This document shows, piece after piece, positions 36,328 through 44,003 of a DNA stretch of 64,000 nt. Positions within the stretch are counted from its first letter, which is position 1. Every line of letters begins with the position of its first letter. Origin of the DNA: Candidatus Micrarchaeota archaeon (GTDB lineage: Archaea; Micrarchaeota; Micrarchaeia; Norongarragalinales; Norongarragalinaceae); contig JACQQD010000001.1 in the NCBI GenBank assembly GCA_016207165.1, positions 32,001-96,000 of the forward strand. Direction: 5' to 3'. The translations under genes and the position numbers were made by a program. The notes below the pieces were generated by a model. That model saw only the letters and a list, made by a program, of their open reading frames with translations. It ran no database searches and was not told the origin of the DNA.

Positions 36328-36788
36328 AGTCCGACCACCCTCGGCCCTTTGGGTTTGTGTTGCGGCAAGTCTTGGTGTTCCAGGTAGTACCTCGCCGCCT
36401 CTTCGTTCAGGGGGCTTTGGGGGTTGGGGTTCTTGAGCAATTGGATGAGGCCGTTTACGACGCTTACGAGGTTCTGGCCTTCACTCCACTCGTTGACGAG
36501 TTGGATGCACACTACGCCCACGCCTGGGTGGATGTTGGGGTGGAAAATGGGGGTCAGCCAGAACGCCATGAGTCCGCCGGGGTAGGGGTAGTCGCGGTTG
36601 AGTTCAATGCGGACGGAGTGCTGGCTTCGTGGCACGATGGAACCGTTTTGCTGGGCGAGGCCGGGGCCTTGGATGGAGACGGTGTACGTGGTCAAGTCAG
36701 GGGTGACGTCGAATCGGATGCCGGCGGCTCTCATTTCCGCGCACTCGCTTTCCAGGCGTCGCTTCCAGATGGCTTCGGGCAGTTGCAT
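36324..36788 (-). CDS. Ubiquitin-conjugating enzyme E2 (UBC fold)
   Basis: KRRL..E, DYPY, TPIFHPNI, catalytic Cys in GVVCIQL, W, NPNPQSPLNEEAA. Confidence 0.95.
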   Translation of the reverse strand: MQLPEAIWKRRLESECAEMRAAGIRFDVTPDLTTYTVSIQGPGLAQQNGSIVPRSQHSVRIELNRDYPYPGGLMAFWLTPIFHPNIHPGVGVVCIQLVNEWSEGQNLVSVVNGLIQLLKNPNPQSPLNEEAARYYLEHQDLPQHKPKGPRVVGL

Positions 36789-36795
36789 GCGTTTT

Positions 36796-37287
36796 TCACG
36801 TGGGTTCGACGTTAATGTTTTCCGTGTATCTTTTTAGTTTTTCTGCTTGCCGCAGCCACGTTTTTCGGGTGGGCCGGGCGTGGATTCGGAAATTCACGAC
36901 GGCATTTTCAGGAACGCGCAGGCCGGCGTCTTGTCCCCAGGCGGGCAGGGTGTCTTCAATGCCGATTCCGGTGACTTGGACGCGATGGGTGCCTCCGAGG
37001 TGGCGTTGGAGGCGTTGCTCCAAGTGGCGGCGGATGGCCAGCACGACGTCGGCTTCCTGAGGGGTCGGCATCCAATCTTGTTCTTTGGACGGCGTCCAGG
37101 TGGATGGATTTGAGAGTACCGCGTTTCGGTACGCGTCCTGAATTTTTTTTGGGACTTGTCCCGTCCATCGGGCGGTGGCACGGATGGTGACGTTGAATTC
37201 GTCGCCTTTGGGTACGGCGTCCACGGAAAGAATGGTTGTTTCAGTCAATGGCTTGAACAACAAGAGGCGTTCCAAGGCGCGCAGCAT
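36796..37287 (-). CDS. Hypothetical protein between Ubl and E2
   Basis: Tightly packed ORF (gaps of 7-10 nt). Confidence 0.6.
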   Translation of the reverse strand: MLRALERLLLFKPLTETTILSVDAVPKGDEFNVTIRATARWTGQVPKKIQDAYRNAVLSNPSTWTPSKEQDWMPTPQEADVVLAIRRHLEQRLQRHLGGTHRVQVTGIGIEDTLPAWGQDAGLRVPENAVVNFRIHARPTRKTWLRQAEKLKRYTENINVEPT

Positions 37288-37297
37288 GGTGTGGGGT

Positions 37298-37540
37298 TTA
37301 CCCGCCGGTGGGGTCCGGCATCAGCAAAAGCTGGTCGTTTTCCTTGAGTCCCGCTTCTTGGACGGTGACTTCCGGGCCCAGGATCTTGTGGTCGGCTGTG
37401 GCCAACACGAAGCGGTCTTTGAGTTTGAGGCTCTCGGAAAGCACGTCCAAAATCGAGGAAACGGTAAACGCGGGTTCGACGGCAACCACGATTTCCTTTC
37501 CGGACGTCGTGTGCATGATGGTCACGTTGAATTCACTCAT
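37298..37540 (-). CDS. Ubiquitin-like modifier (beta-grasp), C-terminal GG
   Basis: 80 aa; FNVTIMHTTSGKEIVVAVEP..TV...TVQEAGLKENDQLLL..PTGG; GAGGTG RBS. Confidence 0.9.
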   Translation of the reverse strand: MSEFNVTIMHTTSGKEIVVAVEPAFTVSSILDVLSESLKLKDRFVLATADHKILGPEVTVQEAGLKENDQLLLMPDPTGG

Positions 37541-37653
37541 GAAGGATTGCACCTCTTTAGCGGTTTTTCTTTTCACTCTTGACTCTTAAATGCGTGTTGG
37601 TCGGCCTCTGGCGCGAAACCTTGATTAACGCCTGCTGGCAAACGGTTCGTATC

Positions 37654-38427
37654 ATGGACAAACCCAAGATCGTGTCGGTGTCCGGCGCGGATTCAGACCA
37701 AACACAGCGGGACGCGTTGGGGGTGCCCCCGTTGCCTGGCGGCGAACCGCAGCCAAAAAGGTCGTCTCCGGAAACCCGACTCGTGGCCCCCCCAAACCTG
37801 CAACGCGGGCAGACGAATCAATCAAGCCTTCAACCCAAGCAAACGGTTCTTCAACCCGCATTTGAATCCGAGTCCGAAATTCCTCCGGAACGAATGACGC
37901 CGGAATCGCCGCTTGTTTCACAACCCGTTTCCAGAACGCAGACGGAATCCGAAGTTTCAATGCCGCGTCCTGTCGCGGAGCCGTCACCATCGAAACCGGA
38001 AAACCCGGAGCAATCCACGCCGGGTGCCACTTCCAAACCGCCGGACCCGCTTGCTGTGGAGCCGGAGCAACCCGTGGTTCAAGTCCGGCCCGTTTTGTCC
38101 GACCCCGTTTCGGCGCCGCCGTGGGTGGCGCGGAACCAGCCGCGTCCGAAAGTGTTTATGCGTCCCGAGTTTGACGACCGCGAGGACGAGGCGTTGGCCC
38201 GCGACTTGTTGTCTGATTCAAAGCCCCGCATCGTGGCCCGCCGGGACGTGGCCCAGGAATACCGTGAACAGGCTTCCCGTGACATTCTGCCACCGTCCCC
38301 GCCTCCGCATCCGTTGACCATGGACGAGCAGCGGGCGCACGCCAAGGGGCTGGCGCAGAAAATCCACGAGGGAAAACAGTCGGAAGGCTTTTTCTCGAAA
38401 CTCAAACGCAGGCTTGGGTGGCCGTAG
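37654..38427 (+). CDS. Pro/Ser/Glu-rich disordered protein with C-terminal amphipathic helix
   Basis: Low complexity; ends GFFSKLKRRLGWP; overlaps the JAB start. Confidence 0.7.
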   Translation: MDKPKIVSVSGADSDQTQRDALGVPPLPGGEPQPKRSSPETRLVAPPNLQRGQTNQSSLQPKQTVLQPAFESESEIPPERMTPESPLVSQPVSRTQTESEVSMPRPVAEPSPSKPENPEQSTPGATSKPPDPLAVEPEQPVVQVRPVLSDPVSAPPWVARNQPRPKVFMRPEFDDREDEALARDLLSDSKPRIVARRDVAQEYREQASRDILPPSPPPHPLTMDEQRAHAKGLAQKIHEGKQSEGFFSKLKRRLGWP

Positions 38428-38870
38428 CCTTGTACGACGTGTACTTGTCTGCGGACGTGGTGGAAAAAGCCCAAACGCATTTCCGCACCGCCGCGTCCCG
38501 GGGCAAGGAAGCCATGGGCTTGTTGTTGGGGTCCGCCTTCGTCTGGAACGGCAACCCGTATGCCGTGGCGGAACGGTACGTGACGGCGTCCAACGACGCG
38601 ACGGCGGTCAGCGTTCGCTTTTCTCGCGAGGCGTTTTCCGATCTTTCCAAAAAACTCAACGGCTTTCGCGTGGTGGGCTGGACGCACAGCCATCCCGACT
38701 ACGGGTGTTTTCTGTCGTCCACCGACGTGGCGACGCAGGAATCGTTTTTTTCGGAGGACTTCCATTTTGCGTTCGTCGTGGACCCGGTGCGCGGCGAAAA
38801 GAAATGCTTCAAAGTGCGAAACGGTCAAAGCGTGCCCGTGGGTTTCGCCGTGATTCGGAGGAAGCGCTAA
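38418..38870 (+). CDS. JAB1/MPN+ (Rpn11-like) metallo-isopeptidase
   Basis: EAMGLLLG and VVGWTHSHPDYGCFLSSTDVATQ JAMM motif; VVDP. Confidence 0.95.
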   Translation: MAVALYDVYLSADVVEKAQTHFRTAASRGKEAMGLLLGSAFVWNGNPYAVAERYVTASNDATAVSVRFSREAFSDLSKKLNGFRVVGWTHSHPDYGCFLSSTDVATQESFFSEDFHFAFVVDPVRGEKKCFKVRNGQSVPVGFAVIRRKR

Positions 38871-39658
38871 TGGAGGAACGGCAGGACGGTGTGTTGGCCT
38901 CCGATGGCGCGGTTCCCAAGCAAGCGCCCAAAACCAGGAAAAAGCGGAAAGCCGCCCAGCGCTTCAAGGTCACGCGGTTTGACAAGGATTTAGTCAAACT
39001 CATTCACGCTGGCACGACGAACCTCAAAGACGCATGCCAACAATTGGGCGTGGACTACGACTCGGCGCGAAGCCGTGCGCTGGCCATGGCGGAAAAAAAG
39101 TGGCTGGTCACCGACCCCTCGCATGCCGACGTGTTCCGCTTGGGTTTGGAGGGCTACAACCAGTTTGCCTCCGTCGTCAAACCCAAAGCCAAGTCATTGG
39201 CGGCCAAGGCGTCGGGGCGGTCGCCGCCCAAGGCGGCGGTCGCCGATTCGGAACCCGTGCCTCCACTGGAAGACGTGGATTCGCTGCCTTCGGCGTCCAA
39301 TGCCGTGGACTTGGCGGACTTGCTCCGCCGGGGCGCGCCCAAGTTGACGTCGGGGGAGCCGACGGATTACGGGTTGCCTGCGCCGTCACCTTCGCTGCCG
39401 GTGCCGCCCGTGACGCAGAAAAACGCCGCGGAAAGCACGGTGTGCGAACTGTGTCGGGCGCCGTTTAAGTTGTCCGTCAAGAATCTGGAGGGCGCCAAGT
39501 ACGCGCACTGTTTCTGCGGGGCCGCGTACCACAAGGACTGCTATCACGCGTTGGTGGAAGGCGGGGGCCGGTGCGCGCGGTGCGGAAGAAAGCTTTCACT
39601 CATCCTGGATCGGCACGCGGATGAGGCCCTCAAAAGCGTCAAGGATTTGTTTGACTAG
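38870..39658 (+). CDS. Winged-helix plus C4HC3 RING-like protein, putative E3 ligase
   Basis: C-x2-C-x18-C-x-C-x4-H-x2-C-x10-C-x2-C; N-terminal wHTH-like segment; TAATG coupling to JAB. Confidence 0.75.
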   Translation: MEERQDGVLASDGAVPKQAPKTRKKRKAAQRFKVTRFDKDLVKLIHAGTTNLKDACQQLGVDYDSARSRALAMAEKKWLVTDPSHADVFRLGLEGYNQFASVVKPKAKSLAAKASGRSPPKAAVADSEPVPPLEDVDSLPSASNAVDLADLLRRGAPKLTSGEPTDYGLPAPSPSLPVPPVTQKNAAESTVCELCRAPFKLSVKNLEGAKYAHCFCGAAYHKDCYHALVEGGGRCARCGRKLSLILDRHADEALKSVKDLFD

Positions 39659-39660
39659 GC

Positions 39661-40044
39661 CTATTCTTTTGCTTGAATGGTTACTTTGTGAGTCAGAAAC
39701 GTCAGAAACTCAAGGCCCGAATGGCCGTGGTCGTCGGTATGCAACGACGCAATTACTTGCTTTTTTTTGTTTATGATTTCGACTCGTTTCCGCAGGTATT
39801 CTAGGACTTCGTCCGCCGTTGCAGGGTTTTTTCTACCGCGCCGGGAAGTGATGCTCGCGTCTTCTCCCTCTACCTTGATCTCGGTTCGAACCAGGTTGTT
39901 TCGCCGGAGGTGGGCGAGCCTCGGTAACCCGGAAGACCGGCGCAGGGTTTTTTCTCCCGGGTGACGAATGTATGCGGTCAACGAGTACGTTATTCCGGCA
40001 CGATTTAATCGTCCTATCAGGCTCTTCGTCGCTGCGTACACCAT
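39661..40044 (-). CDS. Hypothetical basic protein downstream of E1
   Basis: ORF trimmed to ATG 40044 to avoid overlap with E1. Confidence 0.5.
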   Translation of the reverse strand: MVYAATKSLIGRLNRAGITYSLTAYIRHPGEKTLRRSSGLPRLAHLRRNNLVRTEIKVEGEDASITSRRGRKNPATADEVLEYLRKRVEIINKKKQVIASLHTDDHGHSGLEFLTFLTHKVTIQAKE

Positions 40045-40079
40045 GATGACTAATTTTCCAGGGTCTTTAACTGCGTTTC

Positions 40080-40850
40080 TTAGGGATGCACCGGGCACGT
40101 TTTTCTTTTGGGAACCTCGAAGGTTTGCGTTTGCTGGGTTAAGCCGTTGTAGTGCACGTACGTTCCCGCGCCAGAGTTTTGTTGCAACAAGTTGGCCAGC
40201 CAGGCGTTGACTTGCATGGCGGACACCACGGACGTGGTCGTCGGAAGGGCGGGGGTTTTGGGGTCCAGGTAATCCAGGACTTCCCCGACGCAGCTGTACT
40301 TTTTCCACAGCAGTTTGTAGTCGCGGTTGTTCATGCCGCACTCCAGGCATGAAGACGGTTTGGATACGACCTGCAGCTTTCCAAAGAATCCGTTGGTGCC
40401 GCCATCAAACAGGGGCGCGTAATGATAGGTTTGGGCGTTTGTGTGAAGGCGCGCGCCCAGGTTGTCCAAACAACCAAAAACGGCGTCGTGCGTTTGGAAC
40501 GCGGTTTCCGGAATCGTTTCCACGGCCCGGTGGTCCGGCGTGATGGCGGTGTCAGGAAACGTTTTGGCGGCTTTTTCGACGATGACGTCGGCCTTGAATC
40601 GGTGCGTTTGCGCGTCGCTTGAATCAAAGAAGACGCAGCGGTTCAAGTTGGCCGGAACCACGGTGTCAAAGTCAACGACGGTGATCTTTCCGACGCCCAA
40701 TTGAAGCAAGAGCTTGACGGTTTCGTTGCCCAAGGCCCCTGCTCCGATGACCAAGACGTTTTGCTTCCTGATTTTTTCCTGGTCCCATTGCGCAACGCGT
40801 TTTTGGCGGTCGAAGCGGTCCGCGTCCACAACCTTAATTTCAGGCGCCAT
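40080..40850 (-). CDS. Ubiquitin-activating enzyme E1-like (ThiF/Uba family)
   Basis: DRFDRQ..W.Q, GAGALGNE, DFDTV..NLNR, CLDN..AR, DGGT.GF.G, CLEC, YSC putative catalytic Cys. Confidence 0.92.
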   Translation of the reverse strand: MAPEIKVVDADRFDRQKRVAQWDQEKIRKQNVLVIGAGALGNETVKLLLQLGVGKITVVDFDTVVPANLNRCVFFDSSDAQTHRFKADVIVEKAAKTFPDTAITPDHRAVETIPETAFQTHDAVFGCLDNLGARLHTNAQTYHYAPLFDGGTNGFFGKLQVVSKPSSCLECGMNNRDYKLLWKKYSCVGEVLDYLDPKTPALPTTTSVVSAMQVNAWLANLLQQNSGAGTYVHYNGLTQQTQTFEVPKRKTCPVHP

Positions 40851-40863
40851 GCACGCCTTGTAC

Positions 40864-41643
40864 GTGCCAACGTTTTTCTATTCGACGGACGACGCGGCGG
40901 GCGTGAACGCGGCAAACGCGCTGCGCCACGCCCGACTAAACCGGCCCTTGAAAATCAACGGGTTTGCGGCGTGGCGGTTTGACGGGTTTGATTTGGTGGA
41001 AACGGGTTCGCGGACGGTTCAATTCCAGGATGCGGATTTGTTTGAAACGGATTTGGTCGTGTTCTTGTCTCGTCATGCGTCCGCCTCCAAGACTCCGTGC
41101 TTTACGTGTCACGTGACCGGCAATTTTGGGCCCGCCAATCCGGATATGGGCGGGCGGGATGGAACGCTTTCCCGTGCGTCCGCGTTTTGGTTGAAGCGAT
41201 TTTATCTGGCGCTTCAGGAACGCGCGGGCCACGTCTTTTTGGAGGCCACGCACCACGGCCCAACCCTTCAAACGCCGAGTTTGTTCGTGGAAATTGGTTC
41301 GGAAGGGGCCGAATGGAAGAAACCGGAGAACGGCGTGGCGTTGGCCGAATCGGTGCTGGCCGCGTTGTCTCGAAAGGATGAAGGCAAGGCGGCTTTGGGG
41401 TTGGGTGGCGCGCATTACTGTTCCGCTTTCGCTCCGCTGATGCAGGAGGGCTGGGCCTTGTCGCATGTCGCTTCAAAGCATTCCGTGGGTTTTGTGACGA
41501 AGGACCTCGTCAAGCAGGCGGTGGAAAAGACGGTGGAGCCGGTGGAACATGTTTTCCTGGACTTCAAGGGTTTGCCCGCGGAAAAGAAAAAAGAGATTCC
41601 GGCTTGGTGTGAACAACTGGGTTTGGCGTGGGAGCGGGTTTAG
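40864..41643 (+). CDS. dtdA: D-aminoacyl-tRNA deacylase (DTD2)
   Basis: YS.DD.AG.N, FLSRH.S, HVTGN, EATHHGP, FVEIGS...W, GG.HY; GTG start inferred. Confidence 0.92.
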   Translation: MPTFFYSTDDAAGVNAANALRHARLNRPLKINGFAAWRFDGFDLVETGSRTVQFQDADLFETDLVVFLSRHASASKTPCFTCHVTGNFGPANPDMGGRDGTLSRASAFWLKRFYLALQERAGHVFLEATHHGPTLQTPSLFVEIGSEGAEWKKPENGVALAESVLAALSRKDEGKAALGLGGAHYCSAFAPLMQEGWALSHVASKHSVGFVTKDLVKQAVEKTVEPVEHVFLDFKGLPAEKKKEIPAWCEQLGLAWERV

Positions 41644-42491
41644 ATTCGCGGCCGGTATGGGTGCTTGGGGGTTGGTTTTTTGCCTGCGGCGTGGATTCGT
41701 CGCCACGCGACTTTGACGCGGGCCGTGTTGGGAAGCCGGTAGCTTGGCCGGACGTTGAATCGGGTGGGGCGTTCGGCGTTGGTCAGCTCCGCCAGGGGCA
41801 TGTGTTGGTTGATGTCGCTGGCGGTGGCGTTCCAATTGGCTTGCAGGGATTCGTCGGTGTGGTGTTGTTGGTTCAAGTGCTCTCGCCAAAGACGGATGAG
41901 TTCTTCGTCGCTGTAGCGGTCCATGGCCTTGAGTTGTTTTGGCTCGGGAGACGGCATGGGTGGGCCAGTCAGGTGGCGGGTTTGGTGCTGAAAACCGTTG
42001 AAAAGCAAGTTTCTTTTGATGTGGTTCATTTCCACGCGTCGCGTCAACTCCAGGACTTCGCCGCGGGTGAACGGCCGGAAGCCGTGTCGGGCGTAGAACG
42101 ATCGGAGTTCGTCGCTAGAAAGCCTGCGGTCGCCGATGGCTTGCGGATGCAGGTAGAGTGGCACGTTGGATTTCTTGGCCAATTGCACGACGAGACGGAG
42201 CAGTTCGGAGCCGATTCCTTGTCCGCGGTACGCCGGCGCCACGGAGAGCTGGCTTAACTCGACCCATTCGGAACCCGTCTTGGCGAGCATGTGGCCTTCT
42301 CTAGTCCGGAAGCCCGCGTACGCGACCAAATTGCCCGTTTGCAATTCCCGTACTTGGATGACGGGTTCGCCTTGAAAGTCGCCAGACCAGTGCAATAGTT
42401 CTTCCACCACGACTTTCTTCCCGTCCACGGTGGCTTCGGCGATTTTCCGGGTGCGGGCCACGCGGCCCGTCTCCGTGGCTTTTTCTTCCAT
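41640..42491 (-). CDS. GNAT acetyltransferase with C-terminal extension
   Basis: LSVAPAYRGQGIGSELL and FYARHGF. Confidence 0.8.
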   Translation of the reverse strand: MEEKATETGRVARTRKIAEATVDGKKVVVEELLHWSGDFQGEPVIQVRELQTGNLVAYAGFRTREGHMLAKTGSEWVELSQLSVAPAYRGQGIGSELLRLVVQLAKKSNVPLYLHPQAIGDRRLSSDELRSFYARHGFRPFTRGEVLELTRRVEMNHIKRNLLFNGFQHQTRHLTGPPMPSPEPKQLKAMDRYSDEELIRLWREHLNQQHHTDESLQANWNATASDINQHMPLAELTNAERPTRFNVRPSYRLPNTARVKVAWRRIHAAGKKPTPKHPYRPRI

Positions 42492-42563
42492 GAAGGTGAC
42501 TTATGGGGTTTGATTTCAAAAAACTTTTCATGCGTCAAAGTTCGGTTGCTTTTTCCCCTTGCT

Positions 42564-43679
42564 TTAGTACTGAGAAAGTTTCCTCTGGGTTAAAATCCGG
42601 CTTTTCTTGAGGTATTGGCTCCAAGGCTGTTTCAAGCGTTTTTTCAGTTCTGTTACGGCGTCGTTGAAGTTGGAGGTTTTGAACGGCGGCCGGGTGAAGG
42701 CGTGCCGCACGTTTTCTCGAACCTCCCAAACGCCTACGGGCACGACGTATTTTGGTGAGACTTCTCGGAACACGATGGCGCGCGCCTGCCGCTTCATCTT
42801 GAAAAGCGCTTCCGCGACGCCGAAGCGTCCGGCGTAGTAGCCGCCGCCCTCGCCTTCCGCGTAACGGGTTCGGCCTTCAAACGCCTCGTATTCGTGTGCG
42901 ATGTTGGACTGGTTTTCAAAGGATTCGAATTGCTCGAACTCCCACGCGCCGGGAAGCAAGAGGATTTCGAAGTGGTTGTACAAATAGTTGTTCGAATAAA
43001 TTCGGTACTCGCCGGTTTCGGGAAACCCTCGGATTTGTTCCAGCCACTCTTTGGCAATCATGTCGTCCGTGGCGGTGATGCTCCACTTGGTTGGAACTAG
43101 TTTTCGCTTTTGGCCCAAAATCCCGGCGGACAACAGTTTTTGGACGTAGTGGTAGTCAAACCGCGGCAGCAGTTCGGAAAGCGCATCTTTGACCTTGAGT
43201 TTTTCCTGGATTAACGCGTCGACTTTCTTGGGCACTTTCGGGTTTTCCGTCAGCCGCATGCGCTCCAAAACCCCGGAGGGCCCCATGGGTTGGACGTGTT
43301 CTGAAAACGAGAGGGAAAACCGAGGCGTTTTTTCGAATTGCATTTCCACGTCCAACGGCTTTTGCGCGGCCGCCAGCCAGAACGCTTCTTCCTCGGTGCG
43401 GTGGACGTGTTGGACGGTGAAGCCGCGGGCAAGCAGTGCGCGGTGGCGCAAGAGTTCCGGGTAATTCAGCCCGTACAAGTCCGTGGGCGCATCCAGTACG
43501 CCTTCATCCAGTCCCACCAGGGGCCCGGCGCGAACGGACGGATACCCGTATTCGCCGACGAACACGTTGGGCGGCGAGGGGCCAAACGTGGTCTTGGATA
43601 GCCTCGGCAAAACCTGGTTTTCCAGGTCCCGCATCCACGTCTTGCCCCGGATCCACTCGTACACGGAATCGCGCTGCAT
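42564..43679 (-). CDS. nreA: NreA DNA repair protein
   Basis: SPPNVFVG..GYP.V..GP, LVPTKWSITATDD, GGYYA, PVGVWEVRE, C-terminal PIP box QRKLSQY. Confidence 0.88.
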   Translation of the reverse strand: MQRDSVYEWIRGKTWMRDLENQVLPRLSKTTFGPSPPNVFVGEYGYPSVRAGPLVGLDEGVLDAPTDLYGLNYPELLRHRALLARGFTVQHVHRTEEEAFWLAAAQKPLDVEMQFEKTPRFSLSFSEHVQPMGPSGVLERMRLTENPKVPKKVDALIQEKLKVKDALSELLPRFDYHYVQKLLSAGILGQKRKLVPTKWSITATDDMIAKEWLEQIRGFPETGEYRIYSNNYLYNHFEILLLPGAWEFEQFESFENQSNIAHEYEAFEGRTRYAEGEGGGYYAGRFGVAEALFKMKRQARAIVFREVSPKYVVPVGVWEVRENVRHAFTRPPFKTSNFNDAVTELKKRLKQPWSQYLKKSRILTQRKLSQY

Positions 43680-43726
43680 GACCTGCCTTTTCCACGCCCC
43701 CGTTTAAGCCCTTTTCCAGACCCAAC

Positions 43727-43852
43727 TCTTTTACCAGTCTCTTACAAGCCTCTTACTAGTACCTCACGAGCCTTTTACGGACCACCAATGGCATCTTATT
43801 GGTCTCTTATGCGGTATCTTACAGAGTCCTTGGTATCAGAGGTGCCCCTTAT
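43727..43852. repeat. Degenerate ~11-bp-period repeat array (core YTTAY)
   Basis: Cores start at 43730, 43741, 43752, 43763, 43774, 43785, 43795, 43806, 43818 and 43829 (several degenerate); extra copy at 43848. Confidence 0.7.
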
Positions 43853-44003
43853 TCGGCCAATACCGGAATCGTAAGTCTTTTATAAGGCTCCGACGTATCC
43901 CTTACTTGTGCCTGTTGGGCACGAAACATCTGTGGTGGGGAAAGAAAGCCAAGGGGGTTCACGCCCCCTCGGTTTTCTTTTCGGTTTCGGGTGACTTAGT
44001 TTC

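Noticed and set aside
38414-38869. 414-aa version of the RING protein
   Set aside because: The first 152 codons overlap the JAB gene in another frame; ATG 38870 is coupled to the JAB stop
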